In this document: positions 54,267-61,619 of the stretch, piece by piece
How positions within the stretch are numbered: the first letter of the stretch is position 1
Layout: each line of letters opens with the position of its first letter
Sequence record: MK327931.1
DNA from: Escherichia phage vB_EcoM_G17
Direction: 5' to 3' (one strand)
DNA: 64,000 nt
Notes under the pieces: model-generated
The model's input: the letters and a program-made list of their open reading frames with translations, nothing else
Told to the model about the DNA's origin: nothing
Database searches by the model: none
Translations under genes and position numbers: made by a program

Positions 54267-54356
54267 TTAAATCACCATAAAGAATAGATAGGTTACTAAC
54301 AACGCCGCGATCAATGCACCGACCAGGGCCGAACTATAGTAAGCTAATGTTTTCAT
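54267..54356 (-). CDS. hypothetical hydrophobic micro-protein (29 aa)
   Basis: MKTLAYYSSALVGALIAALLVTYLFFMVI; coupled between two small genes. Confidence 0.3.
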   Translation of the reverse strand: MKTLAYYSSALVGALIAALLVTYLFFMVI

Positions 54357-54505
54357 TTTTTAGCCTGAAAATAATGTTTAATTTGTGCGGCGGTCAATGC
54401 ACAATTACGCAGGAAGTTTTCTGTATAACTGCGGCGAGTACTGAAAGAGAATTGACCTTTGCCGTTGCCGATAGTAACATCAAACCGAGCGTTGTATTGT
54501 TTCAT
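54353..54505 (-). CDS. hypothetical small protein (50 aa)
   Basis: Below ORF-track cutoff; ATG with AAGGAG SD directly after promoter cassette. Confidence 0.45.
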   Translation of the reverse strand: MKQYNARFDVTIGNGKGQFSFSTRRSYTENFLRNCALTAAQIKHYFQAKK

Positions 54506-54521
54506 TTTGATTCTCCTTGTA

Positions 54522-54586
54522 TCAGGGGAGAACCATTTCCCCCCCCTCTATGTAAACAATTATACAGTACTGGAAACTAATTGCAA
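54522..54586 (-). promoter_or_regulatory. sigma70-like promoter + leader hairpin cassette
   Basis: -35 TTGCAA 54581-54586, 16-bp spacer, -10 TATAAT 54559-54564, hairpin GGGGAGAACCATTTCCCCC about 54522-54546. Confidence 0.6.
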
Positions 54587-54589
54587 GTA

Positions 54590-54736
54590 CTATTTTTTAG
54601 ATTTACGCAAACTTTCTACCATCTCAGGAGTAAGGCCCGGCGGGTAGGAAACCACTTCATCCACAAAACGCAAAGGGAATACCCCAGCGAAAGGTGAACG
54701 TGCTTTCTTGTTAGTACTCTTTTTTGATGCTTTCAT
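54590..54736 (-). CDS. hypothetical small basic protein (48 aa)
   Basis: Below ORF-track cutoff; ATG with AAGGAA SD. Confidence 0.45.
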   Translation of the reverse strand: MKASKKSTNKKARSPFAGVFPLRFVDEVVSYPPGLTPEMVESLRKSKK

Positions 54737-54755
54737 TTCATATTCCTTAATTAGT

Positions 54756-54815
54756 GGGGAGAATCATTTCTCCCCTTCATGTAAAACATTATACAGTACT
54801 GAAAACTAATTGCAA
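54756..54815 (-). promoter_or_regulatory. sigma70-like promoter + leader hairpin cassette
   Basis: -35 TTGCAA 54810-54815, 16-bp spacer, -10 TATAAT 54788-54793, hairpin GGGGAGAA..TTCTCCCC 54756-54775. Confidence 0.6.
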
Positions 54816-55015
54816 GTACTATTTGAAAGTAAATGCTCATACGCTGCATTAACTACGTTTTCAATAACCGACTGTACAGAAAGATCCCCCACGTCCCGGC
54901 TATAGTAGAAATCGCTTACAGTGGTGTCATCGTATGCAAATACTTTACCAGGTACGGCATCAATCACATACATATTAACCTTTAAGATGTCGATCTTATC
55001 CTGTACAGTAAGCAT
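54806..55015 (-). CDS. hypothetical protein
   Basis: ORF track; 3-prime end overlaps -35 of downstream cassette. Confidence 0.55.
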   Translation of the reverse strand: MLTVQDKIDILKVNMYVIDAVPGKVFAYDDTTVSDFYYSRDVGDLSVQSVIENVVNAAYEHLLSNSTCN

Positions 55016-55020
55016 ATTAA

Positions 55021-55293
55021 TTAACCTTTTAAGTACTGGCTTAAGTAGTCTTGTTGATCTTCGGTGATTGCAGCCATCTTCCCTAGTACTGGATTGATGA
55101 TATAATCCCCTGTAACGTCCTGTAACGCATTCTCAGGCGGTTTAACGGCTGGGGTAGCCATAGCCATTGCCTGGACTTGTTCGACGCTGTAACGCTCATA
55201 AAGGCGGCATTCTTCCGGTGTTAACATAGCATCAGTACGCTTCATCGGTTTAATGATGCTTTCGATCTCATTCAGTACTTGATTAACGTTCAT
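55021..55293 (-). CDS. hypothetical protein
   Basis: ORF track. Confidence 0.65.
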   Translation of the reverse strand: MNVNQVLNEIESIIKPMKRTDAMLTPEECRLYERYSVEQVQAMAMATPAVKPPENALQDVTGDYIINPVLGKMAAITEDQQDYLSQYLKG

Positions 55294-55344
55294 GGTATAA
55301 TCCCCAATATAAGCGGCCTGAATCGACCGCTAACGATGTTTTGA

Positions 55345-55614
55345 TTAATAGGTGTATGGTTGACGTTCAAACAATGATTGCACGTTGTACGCCCCACTAA
55401 TGGGCTTTGCTGGTAAATCAATTTTATATTGTTCACGCTTAAAGATAATAAAACGGCAATTGTTTTTTACATCAAAATTGATTGAACGTTCCAGGAGTTT
55501 TCCATCGTGTACAAATACAAGATAACCGCTTGCTACTTGTTTTGTAGTACTGGTTGCAACCATAGACCGACGAACATGCGTACCTGCATCGATTAAAGTA
55601 CTGATATTTTTCAT
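55345..55614 (-). CDS. hypothetical protein
   Basis: ORF track; AGAGGA SD. Confidence 0.65.
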   Translation of the reverse strand: MKNISTLIDAGTHVRRSMVATSTTKQVASGYLVFVHDGKLLERSINFDVKNNCRFIIFKREQYKIDLPAKPISGAYNVQSLFERQPYTY

Positions 55615-55694
55615 TATACGATCCTCTTAAGTTAATTTAATTTCTTTCCCCTATGCAGACACTATATCAAAGTATCTGCATAAAGTAAAGCTAA

Positions 55695-56018
55695 TTAAAG
55701 ATCTTTTTTGCGTTTAACATTCTGTACAGTACAATGCAACGGGATATTAAGATCATTGCACACACGAGTAAGGGAGGTTTCATCAGTATTAAGCCCGTCT
55801 ACTGATTCCTTTAAGAGAGATAACGCCGTTTGTTGATATGCATCTTCATAGCCATAAGTAAATGATTCAACCGCCAGATCATTCAAACCGTTATCCAGTT
55901 CAACGCTTACATGACAAGAATGATAAGTATTGCCATATGAATCAGTCCAACGTTTACCGTCAACATTGATTGCACGGATTGCAGCCAGGGAAACGGTGTT
56001 AATGATAGTTTTAGCCAT
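55695..56018 (-). CDS. hypothetical protein (paralog of 49577..49900)
   Basis: ORF track; AAGGAA SD; shared RWTDxxGNTYHSC motif. Confidence 0.7.
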   Translation of the reverse strand: MAKTIINTVSLAAIRAINVDGKRWTDSYGNTYHSCHVSVELDNGLNDLAVESFTYGYEDAYQQTALSLLKESVDGLNTDETSLTRVCNDLNIPLHCTVQNVKRKKDL

Positions 56019-56059
56019 TTTTGTATTCCTTAAATTAATATGTTGTCTTGATAAAATCT

Positions 56060-56088
56060 ATTATGCCAGTACTATCAAACTATGTCAA
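56060..56088 (-). promoter_or_regulatory. sigma70-like promoter (no GC hairpin)
   Basis: -35 TTGACA 56083-56088, 17-bp spacer, -10 CATAAT 56060-56065. Confidence 0.5.
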
Positions 56089-56107
56089 TAGTACTGTGAT
56101 AATATTT

Positions 56108-56251
56108 TTACTTACTTTTTGCTTTCTTTGCTGCTTCCACCTGGTCGGCCCATTCTTTACCCCATACTTGTAAATTATAATGGTACTGGCAAAGAGCAAC
56201 GCCCCGCTTTAAACCCGTAATAGATTTCTGACCACATTGACAAGTTTTCAT
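56108..56251 (-). CDS. hypothetical small Cys-containing protein (47 aa)
   Basis: Below ORF-track cutoff; MKTCQCGQ...CQYH; ATG with AAGGAA SD. Confidence 0.45.
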   Translation of the reverse strand: MKTCQCGQKSITGLKRGVALCQYHYNLQVWGKEWADQVEAAKKAKSK

Positions 56252-56268
56252 TTTAGTTTCCTTGTAGT

Positions 56269-56328
56269 GGGGAGAACCATTTCTCCCCTTGATGTAATGT
56301 ATTATACTTTATTCGATTTACTTTGCAA
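56269..56328 (-). promoter_or_regulatory. sigma70-like promoter + leader hairpin cassette
   Basis: -35 TTGCAA 56323-56328, 16-bp spacer, -10 TATAAT 56301-56306, hairpin GGGGAGAA..TTCTCCCC 56269-56288. Confidence 0.65.
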
Positions 56329-56337
56329 GTACTTTTT

Positions 56338-56565
56338 TTAATTTAATTCATCCAGGCAAAGGATACGCTCAACGCCCAAATCAGTTAAACTAATCGACGG
56401 CACTTGATAGGTTTCAATGTATGCTACACTTGCCCACTGACCGAACTCATTAACGGCCCAGGTATTCATTGCATTTTGCAATTCCGCACCTTCCTTGTTG
56501 GTAATTACAGCAACAGTAGAAGAATTACCAGTAGTACCAGATACGCGAGTGATTACGATAGCCAT
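56338..56565 (-). CDS. hypothetical protein
   Basis: ORF track. Confidence 0.65.
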   Translation of the reverse strand: MAIVITRVSGTTGNSSTVAVITNKEGAELQNAMNTWAVNEFGQWASVAYIETYQVPSISLTDLGVERILCLDELN

Positions 56566-56597
56566 TTTTTAATTCCTATTCAGTAGTTGATGTATGT

Positions 56598-56626
56598 ATT
56601 ATGTCAGTACTTAAAACTATTGTCAA
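56598..56626 (-). promoter_or_regulatory. sigma70-like promoter (no GC hairpin)
   Basis: -35 TTGACA 56621-56626, 17-bp spacer, -10 CATAAT 56598-56603. Confidence 0.5.
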
Positions 56627-56634
56627 ACTATTTT

Positions 56635-56787
56635 TTAAAGTTTATCAATGATTGATGCCGTTTCATTGATAGTCTTGCCGTGTTTTGCACACGCGATAAC
56701 TGCTTTAAATTCCTTTGATGACCAATCTTTCTTGCTGCATACTGACATTACTTGTAAAGTAAAACAATCCAGTTCATAAGTATTCAT
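56635..56787 (-). CDS. hypothetical small protein (50 aa)
   Basis: Below ORF-track cutoff; ATG with GAGGA SD. Confidence 0.45.
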   Translation of the reverse strand: MNTYELDCFTLQVMSVCSKKDWSSKEFKAVIACAKHGKTINETASIIDKL

Positions 56788-56832
56788 CTTTAAATCCTCA
56801 GTTAGTTAAGGTGTCTCGCCTTGATGTAATTA

Positions 56833-56860
56833 ATTATACGCTAATCTCTTAATCGTGCAA
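56833..56860 (-). promoter_or_regulatory. sigma70-like promoter (short leader hairpin)
   Basis: -35 TTGCAC 56855-56860, 16-bp spacer, -10 TATAAT 56833-56838. Confidence 0.5.
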
Positions 56861-57001
56861 GTACTTTTTATTACTTTTTGCAAAATACTTTAAACGCTCT
56901 CAATCGCATTCTAACGACCTTAACTCCACCAGCTAGGGCGATGTATCAGATAATCAGTTTAATGCGTTAGGCGGTGCTAGTGGACTGGAATACTATAGAC
57001 A

Positions 57002-57030
57002 CAAAAAAGCCCACTGTTTAAGGTGGGCTA
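57002..57030 (-). terminator. rho-independent terminator
   Basis: Hairpin AGCCCAC-CTTAAACA-GTGGGCT 57008-57029 followed on minus strand by U6; after stop of 57051..57533. Confidence 0.7.
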
Positions 57031-57050
57031 GTGATTCAGTACTTTAATTT

Positions 57051-57533
57051 TTATGCTTCAACTTTGCGATGAGCTTCGATCCATTCCTCGCGAGTCATAC
57101 CGCTTTCTTTGATAGCGTCCAGTACTACCGCAATGCAGTTACCGCGTACAGGAATCAAATGTTCTTCCCCGTTATCAAGTACTACCGCTACACGTTCCTG
57201 AATCCATTTTTTAGGCTTAGATTCCGGCTTATCTTCACCATACTTAACCGCCAGGGCTTTATGTGCCATTTCCACAACCACTTCCAGATCCAATCCAGAC
57301 ACTGCCGCCTGAATACTTTCAATTGTTGCTTGTAGTTCTGCTTCACGGGCTTTTTTCTGTTCTTCCAGTTCTGCTACCTTTTTGGCTTGCAGTTCTTTCG
57401 CAGTACTGTACGCAATGTTAAAATTGTTGCGTACCGCTTTCATGGTATCGCTATCCAGTTCAGCCAGGATTTCTGCCGCTACGTTAGTTTCATTTGCTAC
57501 CAGTGCTTTGATGAATGATTTTACATTAGCCAT
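57051..57533 (-). CDS. hypothetical protein (coiled-coil rich)
   Basis: ORF-track start is TTG; trimmed to ATG (MANVKSF) with GAGGA SD; Lys/Glu/Ala-rich helical repeats. Confidence 0.65.
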   Translation of the reverse strand: MANVKSFIKALVANETNVAAEILAELDSDTMKAVRNNFNIAYSTAKELQAKKVAELEEQKKAREAELQATIESIQAAVSGLDLEVVVEMAHKALAVKYGEDKPESKPKKWIQERVAVVLDNGEEHLIPVRGNCIAVVLDAIKESGMTREEWIEAHRKVEA

Positions 57534-57656
57534 TTTATAAATCCTCAATTAAAGTTTAGTTTACGTTAGATAGTGTATCAAAGTTTTCTCGACGTGTCCA
57601 GTTTTTCGTTCGACTTACTGGCGGTCTACTTAGTGCTCCCCGTCTTGATGTAATAC
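57534..57656 (-). other. conserved structured leader element, copy 3 (5-prime UTR of 57051..57533)
   Basis: About 120-nt leader beginning ACATCAAGACGGGGAGC, homologous to 50596-50680 and 60584-60672. Confidence 0.4.
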
Positions 57657-57684
57657 ATTCTACGCTTTTCTGTGGTAATGTCAA
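57657..57684 (-). promoter_or_regulatory. sigma70-like promoter
   Basis: -35 TTGACA 57679-57684, 16-bp spacer, -10 TAGAAT 57657-57662. Confidence 0.55.
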
Positions 57685-57737
57685 CTACTTTTTTAAAACT
57701 ATTTTTAAAGTATCTCAGTACTACGATACTACAAAAA

Positions 57738-57766
57738 CAAAAAAGCCCACTGTTTAAGGTGGGCTA
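57738..57766 (-). terminator. rho-independent terminator (duplicate of 57002-57030)
   Basis: Identical hairpin AGCCCACTGTTTAAGGTGGGCT 57744-57765 with A/U runs; after stop of 57783..58082. Confidence 0.7.
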
Positions 57767-57782
57767 GTGATTCAGTACTAGA

Positions 57783-58082
57783 TTATAAACAGTTAATTAC
57801 TCCGGTGTGCGTTACTTTCTCAGTATCCATAACCGTGACCGATCCACGCTTAGTACTGGCATCATAATAAATTGTGGTGCTACCGTTTTCGTCTTCTTCA
57901 TGGAACGGGCCGTTTTTAAATGCTTCCGGCTGGATCTCTAAATCCTTTAATACAATCTCGCCAGTTCTTTCATCGGTCATTGCAACAGTGCACTGAATGA
58001 ATTTTTCATTACTTACATCTAATGACGCATTAACAGCGAAAGAGGAAACAGATAAAGCCAGGGCGATGATTGCAATTTTCAT
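57783..58082 (-). CDS. hypothetical secreted or lipoprotein-like protein
   Basis: N-terminal signal-peptide-like MKIAIIALALSVSSFAVNAS; AAGGA SD. Confidence 0.65.
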   Translation of the reverse strand: MKIAIIALALSVSSFAVNASLDVSNEKFIQCTVAMTDERTGEIVLKDLEIQPEAFKNGPFHEEDENGSTTIYYDASTKRGSVTVMDTEKVTHTGVINCL

Positions 58083-58102
58083 TTGATTATCCTTAGTTAC
58101 CA

Positions 58103-58161
58103 GGGGGAACCGCTCCCCCTTGCTATGTAAAATATTATACAGTACTAAAAACTAATTGCAA
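58103..58161 (-). promoter_or_regulatory. sigma70-like promoter + leader hairpin cassette
   Basis: -35 TTGCAA 58156-58161, 16-bp spacer, -10 TATAAT 58134-58139, hairpin GGGGGAACCGCTCCCCC 58103-58119. Confidence 0.6.
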
Positions 58162-58166
58162 GTACT

Positions 58167-58403
58167 TTATGATTTTTTATAAAACATTTCGGCAGTGATA
58201 TTTTTACCCGTTGGCTGTACTTTATCCAGAATTTTTTGATGCCCTGGCCGTCCAAATGAATATGATCCGTAAACCGTAAACCAGTAGTTACCCTCAGTGT
58301 TTACATGTACAGCACAATAGGGAACGCCCCGCGATTCATCACTAGTAAAGTGTGCTACCGTTCCCGTTACATTCGAAGTCGTTGATTTGATTTGTTCAAG
58401 CAT
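58167..58403 (-). CDS. hypothetical protein
   Basis: ORF track; AAGGAA SD. Confidence 0.65.
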   Translation of the reverse strand: MLEQIKSTTSNVTGTVAHFTSDESRGVPYCAVHVNTEGNYWFTVYGSYSFGRPGHQKILDKVQPTGKNITAEMFYKKS

Positions 58404-58423
58404 TTTCTTATTCCTTAGTTACC

Positions 58424-58477
58424 AGGGGAACCGCTCCCCTATGCAAAACATTATACGCGTTTAAAAACTAATAGCAA
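58424..58477 (-). promoter_or_regulatory. sigma70-like promoter + leader hairpin cassette
   Basis: -35 TTGCTA 58472-58477, 16-bp spacer, -10 TATAAT 58450-58455, hairpin AGGGGAACCGCTCCCCT 58424-58440. Confidence 0.55.
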
Positions 58478-58510
58478 GTATTTTAATAAAAAGTATTTGG
58501 AAAATAATTG

Positions 58511-58539
58511 TTGACAAGTGCATCCAGTACTGGCATAAT
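58511..58539 (+). promoter_or_regulatory. plus-strand sigma70-like promoter
   Basis: -35 TTGACA 58511-58516, 17-bp spacer with AGTACT, -10 CATAAT 58534-58539; opposite orientation to flanking genes. Confidence 0.5.
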
Positions 58540-58545
58540 TACTAC

Positions 58546-58653
58546 ATCAAGACGAAACAGTCACTAACCCACCGGGTGCATAGATCCGTCTATTAAATGA
58601 TTCAGTACTGAAAAAGTAACGGGGAGTTATTATCTCCCCGCGTTGTTATTTTG
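58546..58653 (+). ncRNA. candidate small RNA (promoter-to-terminator unit, about 105 nt)
   Basis: Starts about 7 nt after -10, contains motif AACCCACCGGGTGCATAG, ends at hairpin CGGGGAG-TTATTAT-CTCCCCG 58620-58640 plus U-rich tail; no ORF. Confidence 0.4.
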
Positions 58654-58867
58654 TAAGGTATAAACAGAAGTCACCTTTATTTGCTACGCCGCCAGTGTAA
58701 CGCGATGAATAGTTAGAAATATCTTGTACTTCTGCTATTACCAGTGTATCATCATTCATTTCGTCGCAGAAGCAAACGGCTGGATCTTTTACGCCGATAT
58801 TGTCGGCATGTTCCCGCATAGATTTAACCAGTGCTTCCAGTTGAGAAAGAGTAGTGATATTAGCCAT
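58646..58867 (-). CDS. hypothetical protein
   Basis: ORF track 58646..58897 trimmed to ATG (MANITTLSQ) with GAGGA SD. Confidence 0.6.
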   Translation of the reverse strand: MANITTLSQLEALVKSMREHADNIGVKDPAVCFCDEMNDDTLVIAEVQDISNYSSRYTGGVANKGDFCLYLTK

Positions 58868-58885
58868 TGTATTTTCCTCATTACC

Positions 58886-58945
58886 AGGGAGAACCATTTC
58901 TCCCCTCTATGTAAACTATTATACAGTACTGAAAACTAATTGCAA
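58886..58945 (-). promoter_or_regulatory. sigma70-like promoter + leader hairpin cassette
   Basis: -35 TTGCAA 58940-58945, 16-bp spacer, -10 TATAAT 58918-58923, hairpin about 58886-58906. Confidence 0.6.
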
Positions 58946-58953
58946 GTACTTTT

Positions 58954-59157
58954 TTAATTTAATTGCTTTAAAACATACTCAAAGACACCACGCACATCAT
59001 TGATCATCGCCTGGCGGTTAGCAGGTAACGCATCAGGATCGCCACTATCCCAGGCATTGATAAAACTCCCCAAATCATGATAGATTTTATTCTGTAAGCC
59101 GATTAACTGTAATTCTTTTTCTTCAAGCTCTTTGATGCGGTCGATTAAATCACTCAT
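58954..59157 (-). CDS. hypothetical protein
   Basis: ORF track 58954..59193 trimmed to ATG (MSDLIDRIK) with TGAGGATTATCTA SD. Confidence 0.55.
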   Translation of the reverse strand: MSDLIDRIKELEEKELQLIGLQNKIYHDLGSFINAWDSGDPDALPANRQAMINDVRGVFEYVLKQLN

Positions 59158-59174
59158 TAGATAATCCTCAGTAC

Positions 59175-59459
59175 TTAACTGTAAGATCCGCAACGGTCGC
59201 AGTAGTGCCCGTCCTCGTCATCGTCAACGAATTGACCGACGAAATGATCTACTTTCGCTTTCAGGTTATTATAATCGTTTTCTACTTCATTTAAACGCTT
59301 CTGGTAGTATTCCAGTGCTTTAAGATATGCCGCATCAGCAGTTTTCTCCTGCATAGCTAAATTCATGCCACGCGTTTCATCGTACAGCCAAAAACCATCG
59401 GTGCACTGGCTAATAGATAATGACTTGCTTAGTACTGTATAGTTAATTACTTTACCCAT
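59175..59459 (-). CDS. hypothetical protein
   Basis: ORF track; same SD sequence as downstream gene; C-terminal CDRCG. Confidence 0.65.
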   Translation of the reverse strand: MGKVINYTVLSKSLSISQCTDGFWLYDETRGMNLAMQEKTADAAYLKALEYYQKRLNEVENDYNNLKAKVDHFVGQFVDDDEDGHYCDRCGSYS

Positions 59460-59476
59460 TAGATAATCCTCAGTAA

Positions 59477-59537
59477 AGGCGGGAACTATTCCCCGCCTCG
59501 ATATAAAGTATTATACGTTAATCTAACTACAATGCAA
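59477..59537 (-). promoter_or_regulatory. sigma70-like promoter + leader hairpin cassette
   Basis: -35 TTGCAT 59532-59537, 16-bp spacer, -10 TATAAT 59510-59515, hairpin AGGCGGGAACTATTCCCCGCCT 59477-59498. Confidence 0.6.
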
Positions 59538-59551
59538 GTACTTTTTAAATT

Positions 59552-59818
59552 TTATAATCCTTTTACTGCATCAGGTGCGACTACTCCATCAATGTATTGA
59601 ACATCGTTTTCAACTTCACGGGCGGCATCATTCAGCAGATCAAAATTAAATTCCATTTCTTCCAGATCATCGAAATCAGGCTCATAACCATTAATTGTTG
59701 AATAAGTCCAAGTACCTTTTTCATAAGTTACGACACTTACATCAGGGAAGAAATCTTGCACATGATCCATCGCATCCCGAACCAATTGATGTGCAGTTGT
59801 GATATTTAAAGTTTTCAT
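59552..59818 (-). CDS. hypothetical protein
   Basis: ORF track. Confidence 0.65.
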   Translation of the reverse strand: MKTLNITTAHQLVRDAMDHVQDFFPDVSVVTYEKGTWTYSTINGYEPDFDDLEEMEFNFDLLNDAAREVENDVQYIDGVVAPDAVKGL

Positions 59819-59839
59819 TTTGTTGCCCTTTTAGTGTGA

Positions 59840-59899
59840 GCGGGGAACCACTCCCCGCCTCGATGTAAAGTATTATACGCTTTTAAACTTAGTTTGCAA
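59840..59899 (-). promoter_or_regulatory. sigma70-like promoter + leader hairpin cassette
   Basis: -35 TTGCAA 59894-59899, 16-bp spacer, -10 TATAAT 59872-59877, hairpin GCGGGGAACCACTCCCCGC 59840-59858. Confidence 0.6.
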
Positions 59900-59911
59900 G
59901 TACTTTTTAAA

Positions 59912-60523
59912 TTAATATGCGATTGATTCTACTACGTCATCAATAACATTGAATTGATATTCGTTACCCTCAATCAGTGCCGTAATGTTTTCAGTAGTGA
60001 ATTGATCCTCATATGCATTCTCTAAATCACGGTACAACTTGCGGGATAATTCACGAATAGTTTCAGTGAGTAGTTCCTCAAGCTCATTAACTAACGTTTC
60101 TTGTTTTGCGGTTAAATCAGTGTAAGCCGATTCAATGTACCCGCTTACAGTATTCTCATGCGAGTAGTGGGAGTGAGAACGCTTTACACTCATCGCCAAA
60201 TCATCTTCATTCAGCAGGTGACGGATTGAGCGATACTTAGTTAATGCTCTTACCTTGCGTAAAAACTTCACTGCGTCAACGTGGTCAGTACTGATTGATG
60301 CACCGTCACCCTGGGACCAAAAACCACTGAATTGTATTTCAGCTTCATTAATGCCATATTCCGGTAGTACTGTTTCTTTATAGTATTCAATTTCACTTTC
60401 AGAAAAATAATTGTCGTTTGAGTTTTTTTCACGTTCCCGAACCAGTTCGATAGCTGACGTTTTTTGTTCTGCGTTCAATTCAGAAAAATCCATAACGAAA
60501 GTAGTAGTAGTGATAGTTTTCAT
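59912..60523 (-). CDS. hypothetical protein
   Basis: ORF track; 203 aa; contains SGFWSQGDGAS; GAGGG SD. Confidence 0.7.
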   Translation of the reverse strand: MKTITTTTFVMDFSELNAEQKTSAIELVREREKNSNDNYFSESEIEYYKETVLPEYGINEAEIQFSGFWSQGDGASISTDHVDAVKFLRKVRALTKYRSIRHLLNEDDLAMSVKRSHSHYSHENTVSGYIESAYTDLTAKQETLVNELEELLTETIRELSRKLYRDLENAYEDQFTTENITALIEGNEYQFNVIDDVVESIAY

Positions 60524-60555
60524 TTTGTAACCCTCATTCAGTAGTTGATGTAAGT

Positions 60556-60583
60556 ATTATACGCTTTTAAAAACATTTGTCAA
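60556..60583 (-). promoter_or_regulatory. sigma70-like promoter
   Basis: -35 TTGACA 60578-60583, 16-bp spacer, -10 TATAAT 60556-60561. Confidence 0.55.
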
Positions 60584-60672
60584 ACTATTTTATCAGGGGA
60601 GTTTTTCGTGTGCCTTACTCCTGGGCTACTTAACGGGAAGTTACTTATTTCGTTCCCCGTCCTGATGTAAAA
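60584..60672 (-). other. conserved structured leader element, copy 2
   Basis: Homologous to 50596-50680, differing at a handful of positions; no ORF. Confidence 0.4.
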
Positions 60673-60673
60673 C

Positions 60674-60701
60674 ATTATACGCCTTTAAACATAGTTTGCA
60701 A
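60674..60701 (-). promoter_or_regulatory. sigma70-like promoter
   Basis: -35 TTGCAA 60696-60701, 16-bp spacer, -10 TATAAT 60674-60679. Confidence 0.5.
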
Positions 60702-60746
60702 GTACTTTTTAAAAATAGTTTTCAGTACTGAATATTTAAAAAAGTA

Positions 60747-60775
60747 TTGACAGCATTATCAAGTACTGGCATAAT
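60747..60775 (+). promoter_or_regulatory. plus-strand sigma70-like promoter
   Basis: -35 TTGACA 60747-60752, 17-bp spacer, -10 CATAAT 60770-60775; transcript would begin with AGCTAACCCACCGGGTGCAC motif. Confidence 0.45.
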
Positions 60776-60890
60776 ATACCCCATGACAACAGCTAACCCA
60801 CCGGGTGCACAATTGTAACTATACTAAACTACTTTTTCTATAGATACACTCCCGCACCCTATGGGCTACGGCTTATCTGCCAATGAATAC

Positions 60891-60919
60891 ATTATGCCAG
60901 TACTGACAAAATAAGTCAA
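60891..60919 (-). promoter_or_regulatory. minus-strand promoter convergent with plus promoter at 60747-60775
   Basis: -35 TTGACT 60914-60919, 17-bp spacer, -10 CATAAT 60891-60896. Confidence 0.4.
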
Positions 60920-60949
60920 TACCGGCAATTGTAAAGATTTGTAAACTGC

Positions 60950-61180
60950 TTATACTGCAATCGCGTCCAGGCTATAATAATAATAAGTGCCGTATTGGTG
61001 TACTTTATTACCTTTTATTTCAGTACTGAATGAATCCGAACGGTTTGCATATGATGTTAATTTAAAGTACTTTGATTTGCTGATACGTTGCCATACACCG
61101 CAGATCCGCTGTAAGTAAGTAGTTTTATTCGTGGTAGTATCTTTTACAGTTTTAACTTCAGTCATATACATATTAGTCAT
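60950..61180 (-). CDS. hypothetical protein
   Basis: ORF track; GGAG SD. Confidence 0.6.
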   Translation of the reverse strand: MTNMYMTEVKTVKDTTTNKTTYLQRICGVWQRISKSKYFKLTSYANRSDSFSTEIKGNKVHQYGTYYYYSLDAIAV

Positions 61181-61201
61181 TTTTATTACTCCAGGTTATA
61201 G

Positions 61202-61260
61202 GCGGGAAGAGTTCCCGCTCTCGATGTAAAACATTATACGCCATTAAACATAGTTTGCAA
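61202..61260 (-). promoter_or_regulatory. sigma70-like promoter + leader hairpin cassette
   Basis: -35 TTGCAA 61255-61260, 16-bp spacer, -10 TATAAT 61233-61238, hairpin GCGGGAA-GAG-TTCCCGC 61202-61218. Confidence 0.6.
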
Positions 61261-61267
61261 GTACTTT

Positions 61268-61534
61268 TTATTCAAGTACTGCAATCTTTTTAGTACGGTA
61301 CACGGTCACGCGGTTGCCCTTTCGGTCGAGCTTTATTTCTACCACTCGACGCGATACACTATCAGGACTTTTCAACGCCGCTAACCAGTACTGTAATGAT
61401 CTGGCGGTACTACGCTTTATAATGGCCCAACGTTTACCACGTTCCGATTGTACGCCCATATCTTTAAACGTTGCCCCGTCCTGGCGTGCGGCGATCCGAG
61501 CTTGTTCACGCGTCGCAAAATACTTAATATTCAT
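61268..61534 (-). CDS. hypothetical protein (paralog of 49086..49490)
   Basis: ORF track 61268..61570 trimmed to ATG (MNIKYFATREQAR) with AAGGG SD. Confidence 0.6.
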   Translation of the reverse strand: MNIKYFATREQARIAARQDGATFKDMGVQSERGKRWAIIKRSTARSLQYWLAALKSPDSVSRRVVEIKLDRKGNRVTVYRTKKIAVLE

Positions 61535-61575
61535 GCTGTTGCCCTTATCGTTGGTGTATGAATAAAACACTATTA

Positions 61576-61606
61576 TAAAGTACTATCGCAAAAAATGATA
61601 GTACTT
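61576..61606. promoter_or_regulatory. 11-bp inverted repeat AAAGTACTATC / GATAGTACTTT (candidate operator or attenuator)
   Basis: Perfect 11-bp arms separated by 9 bp, each containing AGTACT; sits where a -35 box would be expected upstream of 61268..61534. Confidence 0.35.
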
Positions 61607-61619
61607 TAAATAAATTCTA

